Below, piece after piece: positions 25,566-36,900 of a DNA stretch of 64,000 bases (positions within the stretch are counted from its first letter, which is position 1; every line of letters begins with the position of its first letter). The stretch spans positions 72,563-136,562 of the forward strand of contig DF237177.1 of NCBI GenBank assembly GCA_000708835.1. Direction: 5' to 3'. The notes under the pieces are model-generated. The model was not told the DNA's origin, did no database searches, and saw nothing but the letters and a program-made list of their open reading frames with translations. The stretch is from Klebsormidium nitens. Taxonomy: Eukaryota; Plantae; Klebsormidiophyceae. The position numbers were made by a program, and so were the translations under genes.

Positions 25566-26618
25566 CTAGAACTGGATCTTATAACCGTCCGGTCGGTAAT
25601 GGAGCTCATAGTGGCGCATCGCGATTGGTGCCGTATGCAACATTGACCTGGCAAGCTGGTCTCGTTCAGAGAGGCTCGGCGCATCCTTCATAGCAGTGCT
25701 GACAGTGATTTTTCGAAGGAGGCACGATCCCAGATTTGAGTCGGGATAGATGGCCGCTAAAAACTTTGTCAGGTAACCGGACCCCATTGGAGCATCTGGT
25801 GTTCTCATTCGGCTCAACAGGTACTTTCGCGGAAAAATAGCAAGACTTTCCGCAATCACGTTGCAAAGCCGGACCGGTATGTCGAGAATCTGCGGCCCGT
25901 GCGTTTTGCCGGTTTTGTAGGACTTCAGGTGGAGCCTATAGCTGCCCTTTGCATACTCCAGGAGGTAGTTGCGGGATCCCGCCATGAGCTCACGCGCGGC
26001 AGTGCTCCCAACCTCTTCGAAGCGCACGATGGGAAGATTGCTCCAATCATTACGGATCGCCGGCATTTGTGTGTACAAACAGAGCACGAGGTAGCGACAA
26101 AGCGTCACTTTGTCTCCAACTGTGACCTCTTCTGGCTTCTTTGGCGCGATGGATCGATTGACTTTTCGTTGAAGCTCGATGCGGCGTTGATTGATTTCGT
26201 CCAAGGACTTCCAGTTTTTGGCCTCACGCTCTGACATATGCTGGGGTGGTCGAGCTTCTTCCATGGCCTTTCTAACAGTACAGTATCGTTTGAAAAGTGC
26301 CTCGTAGGTCTGTTGATCACTGGGCCACAGTTTTCGGGCGATCACCAAGAGTGGACTTATGCTCGTGGCTTGTGTAGGCAATTTGTCTGAATACACGTTA
26401 TCCAGATACTCTATGATCTTGGTCGTATCTTTGACCCAGTCGAGATTCTCGAAATCCTCCCTCGAAGCATGCATGCTCTTAAAGAGGCGCATCACTCGTG
26501 CACAGTACTGCTCGACCGTGTGCGGCTTTCGTGTCGAGTCATCAAAGATTTCGTGAAGCAGCCGTTCTGCTGACGACAAAGTTGCTATAACCTTTCTGTT
26601 TGCATCTGAAGCTGCCAT
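25566..26618 (-). CDS. Tyrosine recombinase/integrase (virus/PLV-type), intact 350 aa
   Basis: Catalytic series R (PAIRND), K (YKT), degenerate HxxR (CLLRK), H (SMLHT) and Y (MRHY). Confidence 0.85.
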   Translation of the reverse strand: MAASDANRKVIATLSSAERLLHEIFDDSTRKPHTVEQYCARVMRLFKSMHASREDFENLDWVKDTTKIIEYLDNVYSDKLPTQATSISPLLVIARKLWPSDQQTYEALFKRYCTVRKAMEEARPPQHMSEREAKNWKSLDEINQRRIELQRKVNRSIAPKKPEEVTVGDKVTLCRYLVLCLYTQMPAIRNDWSNLPIVRFEEVGSTAARELMAGSRNYLLEYAKGSYRLHLKSYKTGKTHGPQILDIPVRLCNVIAESLAIFPRKYLLSRMRTPDAPMGSGYLTKFLAAIYPDSNLGSCLLRKITVSTAMKDAPSLSERDQLARSMLHTAPIAMRHYELHYRPDGYKIQF

Positions 26619-26785
26619 GCCTTATGTATCTGGATACCGAGAAAAAAAAGATGAACGGCATCTGGCCGCAAAGTGCTCAGATACCGAATATCCGTGTTCA
26701 TCTTTGTTTTCACCGTTTTGGTGCGCCTAGGAGCTTTCATGGTTATCTCACACGCAAAAGCTTCTAAAACCCGACATAGGGGCTT

Positions 26786-27436
26786 TTACGCCACTCCACT
26801 ATCGGCCGATATCTGAATATTGCCAGATACCCGAATATGGGTGTACATAATTTCTAAAACGGGGGCCTTTTTAGCAATCCAGTATCTAGAAGTGGAGTCT
26901 CGTGAAGATTCGGTGGCATGGCGAACCTTGTTGGGATTTGCAAGCGCCTCTAATTCCAAGACGGGTGCCTCACTCCACACCATGCTAGGGGCATATTCGG
27001 CACTCGATGGAGAACGGGCTTGAATGTCTGTGCAACTGGTTGGAAAAACCAACTCTCGTTCATGCGACATGTTCTTTAGCCGTGATTCCCTCAGTCGTAG
27101 CTTCTTTGCTTGACGTTGAGCCCGAGACGCGTTTTTGAGAGCAATCCGCCAACTGACCTTCACAGCAAATGGGCCATGGATGCCGCTTCGATCCCAATAT
27201 GAAAAAAAACCTTCTGCATTCAGGGAGCGCACAAGCGCTCTGGTAATATGACGCAGGTTAAACGGTTCTGCAAGAGCGCGGATTCCCGCCAAGGCAGCTG
27301 GATCAAGGATCGTTTCAAGCAATCCAAATTCCTTGAACGATCTTACTATTGCGGTTCTAGCACTCTGAAGAACCGCTTGGTCCATCTGCTCGATCGCAAA
27401 CGTAGTCGGAGGACGAAAGCCTAAAATTGCATCCAT
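26786..27436 (-). CDS. Orphan hypothetical protein upstream of the recombinase
   Basis: 216-aa ATG ORF. Its 5' end is duplicated at 27751-27850 across an N gap. Confidence 0.45.
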   Translation of the reverse strand: MDAILGFRPPTTFAIEQMDQAVLQSARTAIVRSFKEFGLLETILDPAALAGIRALAEPFNLRHITRALVRSLNAEGFFSYWDRSGIHGPFAVKVSWRIALKNASRAQRQAKKLRLRESRLKNMSHERELVFPTSCTDIQARSPSSAEYAPSMVWSEAPVLELEALANPNKVRHATESSRDSTSRYWIAKKAPVLEIMYTHIRVSGNIQISADSGVA

Positions 27437-27509
27437 TCAAATCGTTGAATACGGCGCACAAAAGAATCACAAGATATCATTGCACACAGCCGCTAAGTGC
27501 TTGATGAGC

Positions 27510-28480
27510 TTGATGACGTCAGCAGCCATTCCACCAAATTATCCGAATAATGGGTAGAATGGCCGGACATCATGTGCATGTACCGACCAATACCACCAAT
27601 TATCTGTGATCACTGGCGCAAAGTTGTCTCAGCGTCCGTGTTTTTCACGTACTTTTTGAGAGCGGCCCCTCTGATGACGTCAGCAGCCATCCCCACCAAT
27701 AATGCTCTGTAATCAACGGTGCGAAGGTGTNNNNNNNNNNNNNNNNNNNNCGATCGTACTATTGCGGTTCTAGCGCTTTCAAGAACCGCTCGGTCCATCT
27801 GCTCGATCGCATACGTAGTCGGAGGACGAAAGCCTAAGATTGCATCCATTGTGAGGCTAGAGTACGGTCGACAAAAGAAAGCATAAACCAATTGCCAATC
27901 TGGTTGGTCCACACCATACATGCGGCTTTGAAGAGAAAAACGTGAAGCTCTTGTTAACCATTGGCAACGTGTGGACTAGCAAGCAAAAAATGCCTTGCTT
28001 TCCTAAATGTATGGTGGATGGCCGGCCCGATTTGGCTGGTCCACACCTTGCATGCATGGAGTCAAGCAAAGGGGGTCGGGCCGAGGGGGTCAGGCTAGAG
28101 GGGTCAGACAAAGGGGGTCAGGCTAGGGGGTTCAGATAAAGGGAGTCAGGCTAGGGGGGTCAGGCTAGGGGGGTCAAATAAAGGGAGTCAGGTTAAGGGG
28201 GTCAAGCTAGGGTGGTCAGACATTGAGGGGGTCAGGCTAAGGGGGTCAGACAAAGCGGGTCAAGCAAAGGGGATAAAGCGACTTGAAAAATCCATCAGAA
28301 TTCGGACACTTGGACACTTTCGCGCCATTGATCACACACAAAAAGCGCAGGGAATGGCTGCTGACGTCATCAACAATGGTTGACTTGAGAACTCTCATCA
28401 AAAACTCGGATACCGTACCTGGACGCTTTTCGCGCCATCGATCACAGGTGACAGCGCAGAGGAAGGCTGCTGACATCATC
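27510..28480. repeat. Inverted repeat family TGATGACGTCAGCAGCC: two direct and two inverted copies
   Basis: 27510-27532 is a perfect 23-bp reverse complement of 28351-28373. Further copies lie at 27672 and ~28461-28480. Confidence 0.75.
28071..28265 (+). repeat. G-rich short tandem repeat (GGGGTCAGGCTAG-like)
   Basis: More than ten degenerate GGG(G)TCA(G/A) units with G-runs of 3-6. Confidence 0.8.
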
Positions 28481-28519
28481 CAAGGGGGTCGATTTAATGA
28501 TTGCCATATGCATGCGACC

Positions 28520-29010
28520 GACGTCAATTTGCACCAGCTTGAAAACCTTGATGTATAGAACGGTGGTGCAAATTGTCAGCCGCCACGCCGCGCGCTTTTT
28601 GGGTATATTGTAGCTGATTGTGGCATTGCCTGCTCACAAGTGTTGACAATCTGCACTGGCTTGAAAGCCTTGATGTATAGAACGGTGGTGCAAATTGTCA
28701 GCCGCCACGCCGCGCGCTTTTCGAGTATATTGTAGCTGATTGTGGCACCGCCTGCTCACGAGTGTTGACAATCTGCACCGGCTTGAAAGCCTTGATGTAT
28801 AGAACGGTGGTGCAAATTGTCAGCCGCCACGCGGCGCGCTTTTCGGGTATATTGTAGCTTATGGACGAATGACTCGGTGTCAATTTGCACTGGCTTGAAA
28901 GCTCTGATGTATAGAACGGCGGTGCAAATTGTCAGCCGCCACGTCGGCGCGCACTTTTTGGGATGTTGTAGCTGATGGTGGGAATCCATCGTGATTGACA
29001 GATCGCACCG
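28520..29010 (-). repeat. Array of 112-122 bp units with a palindromic core (GACAATTTGCAC..GTGCAAATTGTC), left arm
   Basis: GGTGCAAATTGTCAGCCGCCAC starts at ~28565, 28687, 28809 and 28921, in reverse orientation relative to the 29540-30760 array. Confidence 0.9.
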
Positions 29011-29180
29011 GCAAGATGGGGCCTCGCACGGACCGGGTATCCGCCGTCTCTATGGATGCTCCGTAGCACGTCTACCGAGTACGACAGCCGGTGCATGTGA
29101 TACGCTGGCCTTTGTTGTGCCGCTTCACACACTTAAGGAGATCGTGAGTCTCCAAGAAGCACCAGATCCAGATCTTTGCA

Positions 29181-29531
29181 ATGATTTGCCTACCAGACGG
29201 AAGCCATTTGTGTCGTGCGGTGGGCGTAAGCTTTGAAGGCAGGCAAGCTGCGGTGCGCACCCTTCGACCAGGGCAAGAGCTGCTGCTCGTTAGGGATGCG
29301 ACGAACGAGCACGATCCGCATTCCATCGCGATCTTCAAGGCGGGAGATCTGGGCTCGCACCTTGGGTTCGTCGGGCGGGACAGCAACCATCACGAGGCGT
29401 TTGACGCGGCTCGTGCGGGACGGACACAGTCTGCACTTGTGCACAGCGTCGGCCCCTGCAGCAGCAGCGGACTCTGGGGGTACACCATGAGGGTCGGGGC
29501 ACCTCATGATAGCTCGAGTATTATTGCATGA
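29181..29531 (+). CDS. Stand-alone HIRAN domain protein
   Basis: AVGVSFEGRQAAV..L.PGQELLLVRDATNEHDPHSIAIF..LGFV matches the HIRAN pattern (R-E-P-x-N-x-x-D-x-N-A-I variant). Confidence 0.8.
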   Translation: MICLPDGSHLCRAVGVSFEGRQAAVRTLRPGQELLLVRDATNEHDPHSIAIFKAGDLGSHLGFVGRDSNHHEAFDAARAGRTQSALVHSVGPCSSSGLWGYTMRVGAPHDSSSIIA

Positions 29532-29539
29532 TTTCGTTG

Positions 29540-30760
29540 TGGCGCGGTTGACGATCTCTACCATGGTGCTATACACCAGAGCTTTCCGATCGGTGCAAAT
29601 CCACTCCGATCGACCATAGCCGAAAGCGCGCGGCGTGCCAGGTCGGCTGACAATTTGCACCACTGTTCCATACATCAAGGCTTGCAAAGCGGTGCAGATT
29701 GTCAACGCGGAGGCGTTCTCACCTCCAGCTACAACATCACTGCAAAGCGCACGGCATGGCCGGTTGACAATTTGCACCACCATTTTAGATATATCAGAGC
29801 TTTCAAACCAGTGGCGATTGACGTCGAGGTGTTTTCGAGATCCACTCCAACATGCCGGAATGCGCCCGGCGTGGCGACTAACAAGATGCACCACTGTGCT
29901 AAAGATTATAATCTCAAAGCAGTGCAGATTGTTGACAATGAGGTCTTTCTTCCATCAACTACAACATCGCTGAAAAGTGTGCAACATGGCGGCTGACAAT
30001 ATGCACCCCCGGTCTATACATCAGAGCTTTCAAGCCAGTGCAAATTGTCGTCGAGGTGATTCCACGATCACCTTCTACATGCCGAAATGCCGTCGGCATG
30101 GCGGGTGACAATATGCACCACCATGCTATACATCAGAGCTTTTCAACCGGTGCAGATTGACGTCAAGCTGTTTCCACGATCGACGGCTACTACATGCGAG
30201 AAAGCGTCCGGCGTGGCGGCTGACAATTTGCACCACCGTTCTATACATCAGAGCTTTCAAGCCAGTGCAAATTGTTGTCGAGGTGTTTCCACGATCACCT
30301 TCTACATGCCGGATTGCGCGCAGCATGGTGGGTGACAATATGCACCACCATGCTATACATCAAAACTTTCCAACCGGTGCAGATTGACGTCATGCTGTTT
30401 CCACGATCGGCTACTACAGGCGAGAAAGCGCGCGGCATGGCGGGTGACAATATGCACCACCGAGCTATACATCAGAGCTTTCAAACCAGTGCAAATTGTC
30501 AACGATGAGGTCTTTCTTCCATTAACTACAACATCGCTGAAAAGTGTGCAGCATGGCGACTGACAATATGCACCCCCGGTCTATACATCAGAGCTTTCAA
30601 GCCAGTGCAAATTGTCGTCGAGGTGTTTCCACAATCACCTTCTAAATGCCGGAATGCGCGCGGCATGGCGGGTGACAATATGCACCACCGTGCTATACAT
30701 CAGAGCTTTCAAACCAATGCAAATTGACATCGAGGTGTCTTCACGATCGGTCACAACAGC
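29540..30760 (+). repeat. Array of about 11 units of ~113 bp with the same palindromic core, right arm
   Basis: Repeated TGACAAT(T/A)TGCACC-ACCG.TCTATACATCAGAGCTTTCAA-CCAGTGCA(A/G)ATTG separated by more variable ~55-bp linkers. Confidence 0.9.
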
Positions 30761-30974
30761 TAAAAATGCGTGCAGCGTGATCGGCTACGGGCTCGTATCG
30801 ACGAAGAAGTCAAATACCTTACAATCGCGGTCAAAACGCGGCTTGATTAATCGCAATGGGCGACATCCTTAGATGTAAGATTCCTAAAATCAACCAAAGC
30901 CTACAATAATTAGTGATAGATACTTTCAAATGCAGCTTGACAACCTCAGATATCTCTTTTGAGACTCGCCCCCT

Positions 30975-33900
30975 TCACCGGCTGATCATGCACTCCACCT
31001 CTGCGACCCTCTGCGGGGTGAAAAAACCGTATCGCTCGTGCAAGCCTCGATAGATTGCGGGCGTCAACAGGTGGGGAGTTTTGAATTTGCCCCCGCTCTT
31101 TTTCGCCTTTCGTACCTCGATCCCGAGGCCCGCTCTGAGCACATTCGCCACCGCATTCCGCTTCTGGGCCCATTTCTCGTTCACTCTCCCATCAGCAGCT
31201 TTCGAGGGCCTGGAGATCTGTTGCTTGAAGCCGTAGAGATTGAAGATGGTTTTCAAGCGCTCCTTGCTAGGCCCAATGAGCTCCGTATAGGCAGCCTGCA
31301 CGCGCTCCTCCGACACCTCCCACCGCTCTGACTCGTGGTTCAGCGCCGTCTCCTCGCACTCGACAAGAAAGGCCAGGACGCGCACCGCAAACGGCACACG
31401 GTTGACAGGGTCGCGTAGTTCACGGACGTACTCCTGGACCATGTCCGCCTCATTGATCTGGCCGAGCGCTCTGTCCAGGTCTCCGACGAGGGTGTCGAAG
31501 CGGTGCTCGCGGAATCTGCAGATTGCAGGGAGCGTTTGAAGCAGCCTGACATTTGACCACGATCGACCCCACGACACAGCCGAACTGTGAAAACAGCCCC
31601 AAGATCGCGCCAGAGCCGTGGCAGATTCAAAACGAACCTGACTGCAGGTCTCTGAAATCAGCTTGCCCCGCATCCGAAACATCCTCTGTGACTCTGCGCC
31701 CGAACTAGCATGCCCATGGCACGGAACCCAAAGCCCACGCAAGAGCCAACCCAAAATCATAGCAAACCATGCCTCACATCAGCTCGACCACACCAAATCA
31801 GGCTCAAGGCGGATCCGAGACCAGCCTAATCGTGCCCCAAATGTAACTGACCGCTGCCCTTGGAACAACCCGAAAAGAAGGCCCACGGCACACCCACAGC
31901 AAGACAATAGCAGGCCCTAAACAGCTTGACTTTTGGCGGGATTCGACCTGATCGCACATCAAACAAATGTTTTGAAGTTGAACAGCCAGCAAGCGGGTCA
32001 ACGAGTGAAAGATACGTGAACTTTGGGTACGTTTGAGTTCCAACACAGTGGAACTCAATGACAGCAAAACTTCGAAGGCTTTCATTGTGGCTTGAGACGA
32101 CGCGCGATGGGAACAGTGCAGGTACCTCAGATAGTTGGCATGGGCCTCTTTGGTACCCTTCGCTTCGTCCGAGTCGGCGCAAAAGCGGATGTAGAAGGAG
32201 TGATCGACTCGGCCAGGGTCGACTCTGTACTCCTTCGTGACCATCTCGTACAAGTATTCTTGCAGCTGCTCCTTCGAAGTCAGGTCGTCGGGTCTCTCGC
32301 ACAGAATCTCGTACTGCTCCGCACTGATGATGTACTTGGCTCGCCAATCTTTGTCATTCAGAAGCTCTGGGCCCTCATCAAAGCCGAGGGGTACCTCTGG
32401 GGGCGGGCGTCCCGGAGTGCCCTGAGAAAGAAGGCAAGGACATGTGACTTAGTATTTGGCGGATGTGATAAGCGATCCTGCATCAATGGTAGAGAGCACG
32501 TGACTCTCGATCGTGAAACAATGATGCTATGGTTATCTCCCGCAACGCTGCCCCCTCGTAAAAGACACCTGTCATCCTCTGAACGTGAGCGACACACGCC
32601 AATGTGCCCACATACCTGGAGTACTTGTGGGGGAAAGCGCCCTGTTTGAATGCAGAGAAAGTCTGGTTCATGCAAAGAGCCTAGGCCTCGAGGCAGCTGG
32701 GCAACCTCACCCTCGGTTCGATGTGCTCAACAGTCACCACAAACCCTTGGTTCTCCAGGTCGGCTCTCAGCTTCGGCACGTACTCCAGGTAGCTTTCGAC
32801 CTTTGCGAGGATGTTGTTCGCGTACAAGACGCAGCTCGCTGACGAGCGGTCGCAGATGCCCTGCGAACCCCTCAGAAAGTGAAAGCCCGATGCGTCGCCG
32901 AGCATCTGCACGATCTGCCTGTCGTCTCGCTCGATCGCCCGAAAGACCGCCTCTGTCGAGCGCGGCAGATCCACTGCTGACGAGATCACCTGCTTGCAAT
33001 AGATGGTGGAGTCGGTGACCGTCCGAAATCGAGCATGCTGCTGAAGCAGCGTCTCGACTGTTGGACCCGTCAGGTTGTTGAGGGCAAAAGGGACCGTCTC
33101 CTCAGCGTGCGGCTTCTCTTTGGAGACACCCGGACCTAGCTTCGGAGAAAAGGCCACGAGATCCGCTTCCAGATAGGTGTCAGGCTCGGCCATCGCCCTC
33201 TGGAAGAAATCCTCGTCATCTCTCGACCTTTTGTCCGCGTGCAAAAAGATGCCGCGGCGATCGGACTCGGCGGGTGGGTTGTCGATGTTGAAATGGTGTT
33301 CCAGGTTCTTCACGAAGCGCTTGGATGTCGAAGGGCACTGCGCAAAAAGACTACGAGCAGACTTGTCAGCTTTATTGAGCAAGAAGCAGATAAGCGCCAA
33401 ATCACCGGACTAGAAGCCTTGTTATACCCCAGAAATTCCTGACCGTAGCCCCGTCGATCCCCACCTGACCGCGCCCCAGGAACACTTTGACCGCGGCTCA
33501 AAATCAACCCGAACCCAGGCCCACAGCAGACCACAGACGAACAACCGCGCGGGCCGGCCCGAAATCAGGCCCACAGCAGACCACAGACAAACGACCGCAC
33601 GCCCCCACTGTAACCATCATGATCACGGCCCTGAACTCTAAGCCTACGGACCCCAAATCCACCTTAACTGCAGCTCGAAACCACCCCCCGAAACCAGGCC
33701 CACAACAGAGCAACGACGAGCCTGACGGCGCGCACGCATCTTGAAGCAGCCTAGCATGGCTCTGGATTCTAGCACGGGCCCCATGGCCGCGCCCAAACCC
33801 GCTTTTTGAACCCTGCCCATGTTCGATTGAAGCCCAAAACGAACCTGGAACCAGTACGAAAGCAAGCCCCGCGGCCAGCTGGGCCAGCTTGTTCTGTTCT

Positions 33901-36900
33901 GGTGCTCGCTACCTTGCGGTTCAACCTTGGAGTCTCTCGAGCAGCCTGGAGCGAGAGCTTACCACGACCTTCGTGCCTCGAGCGACACGGTCCAGCACAT
34001 CCTGCACCACGGTGCCGATGCATTCGAGCGACCCATCCCTGCCGGAAAGACCCGGATGGTCGCCCGCCTCGTCGCCGGGTATAGGCCCCTGTTCCGGATC
34101 CTGTGGAGGGCCCCATCCGGCCGGACCATGAAGAGGTACTCCATCACCCGCTTGCAGTCGATGTTGGCGTCCATGCCGATGACGACTTTCGCTCCCGCCA
34201 CAAACGCCTCCAGGCAGGCCAGCACCCTGCCCCGTTGGCTCATGACCTCAGAGTTGAGGTTCGTGAGCACCATGTCCATCTCGTCCATCCCCACGACGTC
34301 CATCCTGGATTGCACGCGGTGAATTGAGTTGATGCAGCAGACAACGCGGGGGGCGTTGATAGGCCCTGGTGGCGCCTCCAGGTACAGCACGACGTCCTCC
34401 ACGCCCGCCTCGACCAAGTCCTGGTGATACTTGCGGGAGAGCGAGATGTTGGCTCCAATAAGGAGGAAGGAGAGCCCAGGGTTCCTCCCGACCATGGCCA
34501 CCTCCCACTCCACAAACGCCTTCGACTTCCCGACCCCCTTCTTGGCAGAACTCAGGATGGTTCGCTTGCGGACGTGCGTGAGCTCGAACACGGGGTAGGG
34601 GCGCATCCTCAGATTCTCTTCGTAATCCTCCGTCCAGCCGAGCGCTGTGAGGACGTCCAGGGGCAGCACCCGACACTCGCCCCTGCAGAAAAGAGGGCAA
34701 GAGACGCTCCTGAGCACTGGCATACTGAGCGCCTATGCCATGTGGCACTCAGTCTGTCAACCTTGCGTTAGTCTCAAGACAGACCTGACTGTGGGTCTGA
34801 GGTGCCCCCTCCCCCTCTTCGAGAATCAGCTTAACGGCCGGCAACCAACCAGCCCCGAAACCAGCCCAACAACAGCCAGAAGCGATCTTACAATTCGCTC
34901 AAAAAAAGCCTCCCCGCGACTCAAACCAGTCCCAAAACCAGGCCCTCTGCAAACAAGAAACGAGCTTGCCATACGCCCAACTTCAGCCTGACCGCGCTTT
35001 TGGGATCAGCCAGACTGCGGCTCCAGAACAATCTCGAAAGACCGAGAATGTTCGAGCTTAACTGTACGCCCAAATCAGCCTGATCGCGCTCCTTAATCAG
35101 CGAGACAACGGATGCAAAACAGTCTTCAACCAGATCAAGAGCAGCGCAAAAAACCCCTTACTGCGCGCCTCAGATTCAACCCGACAACACTCTCAAGACA
35201 ACCCAACCACAGCTTAAAGCAGTCCCCAACCAGGCCCACTGCAAACAAGAAACGAGCCTGACCATGCGCCCAGATTCACCCTGACCACACTCTCAAGACA
35301 ACCCAACCACAGCTTATCCGAAGCAGAGTGAGTTTTTGACTGACGCCAATGACGCCAATGGTGCTGTGCAAGGCAGACCAACAAGTACCATGCTCTTAAC
35401 TGATGCCAATGATGCTGTGCAACAGTAGACCAGGCTCTTGATTGACAATCAGTGATGAAAGCAATATGATAGAAGGCAGTTTTGCCATGAATGTCCCCAC
35501 CTTAGCGCCAGCCTGCCGTAACAGACTGTTTCCCACGCGAGGTATGCAGTTGATTTGAAATCAATCATCTGCACGGATTCGCTACCAAAATTTGATGTTA
35601 AGGATAGTGGTACGCTGAAGAAGCTTCGCGTTTTCCCTTTTGACCGAGAGTTTGTGGAAAAGCCAAAGCCAAATACTAACGAGCGGCTGATTGATTATCA
35701 GCTTTCTGAGAAGATTACAGCAAGTCCCAAACCAGGCCCACTGCAAACAAAAAACGAGCATGACCATGCGCCAAGATTCACCCTGACCACACTCTCTTCA
35801 CAAGCAACCTGACCGCGCTTTTGAAACCAGCCGGGCTGCGTCTCTGGAGCAGTACCAAAATCAGATCCTCGATCGAGCAAACAAGCCTGATTGTACGCCC
35901 AAAGCAGCTTGACCACACGCTCCCTAACTAGCAAGACAGCGGACGCAAACCAGTCTCTAGAACCAGACCCATAGGAGGAAGAAACGATCCTCACAATGCA
36001 CCCTACTTAACTAGGGTGCCCAAATGAAGCCTAAAACAGTCCCAAATCATGCCTATTGAGAACAGTCTGGAATCTGGATTCACAGCACACCCGAAACGAA
36101 CTAAGCCTATGTGCCCCTAAGTCTGCACTAACTCCTTTCGACGCCTGAAGCTTTTTTGCCAGTGCAGGTTGACAACCAAGCCATGCCAACGCTTCTCAAA
36201 ACTTTGCCAACCACTGGGTCGACTCACCTGCAGCTGTTCGCAAAGCATTGGTACCGTGCAATGCGCGGCTCATCCCGCTTGTAGATGAGGTACGGGTTCT
36301 GGTTGCCCAGAGACGTGTGGCGCCTGCCCGCGATGCAGCACGTGGGTTCGGGCGAACGGAAGTGGACGAAGAAAACCCCCGGCCGCTCCTGCACCACCCA
36401 GTCGAGGGCGGCCCCGGGATGGTCCTGCCTGCAGCGGGCGAGGAGGACAGCCCGCTCCTGCTCGGTGAGGTCCTCACCGGGCCTCTGTGAGGTGCTCGCA
36501 TCGTCGAGGGCGAGCGCTCTCTGCCGGAAGGCCCCCACGCGGGCCGGAGCAGGCGGAGCGGGCCTCGCGGACGTCCACTCCCCCAGGAGGTCAGCGCTGA
36601 TCTCGGTGGACACCCTCCGCTCCGCTTCCGAGTAAAGGCAGACTAGGTGGTCCGCGATCCCCTCGGAGCTGCCCTCCGAAGGGATGAGGGGGCGGAAACG
36701 GTCCCCGAATTTGGACGACCTTAGCAGTCGGAAGCAGCGCCGGCGGTCATAAACTGAATCGTCCCACACATATTCGGATCCACCGTCTTTCCTTAAGAGC
36801 TCAACACTGAGCTTCAGGTCGTCTGGGGGGCTCTCCAAAAAGCACTGGAAGGCCTTCCCGAATGCTCTCCTGGCTTCTAACCCCCCCAGGTAGAATCCCT

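Larger units (their letters stand above)
13252..27436. mobile_element. Composite module copy 1: KDZ transposase + inverted-repeat site + Prim-Pol/D5 helicase + small ORF + tyrosine recombinase + orphan ORF. Ends not defined.
   Basis: Same gene order and orientation as 51810-64000, with homologous but diverged proteins. No TIR or TSD was found for the whole unit. Confidence 0.6.

Noticed and set aside
18881-27436. Classification as DIRS, Crypton, Polinton/Maverick or Helitron
   Set aside because: No RT/RNase H, PolB, retroviral integrase, capsid or HUH-Rep/Pif1 motifs were seen.
27340-27850. Duplicated 5' end of the orphan ORF
   Set aside because: It is adjacent to a 20-N gap and cannot be separated from a paralogue or haplotype mis-join.
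28520-30760. CRISPR-like array (repeat plus variable spacer)
   Set aside because: The repeats are ~60 bp and degenerate, the linkers are homologous to each other rather than unique spacers, no cas genes are present, and the context is eukaryotic.
29190-30872. ORFs with recurring WRVTICTT..YIRAFKPVQI peptides
   Set aside because: They are a by-product of the DNA repeat. Unit lengths are not multiples of three, the frames shift, and similar ORFs appear on both strands.
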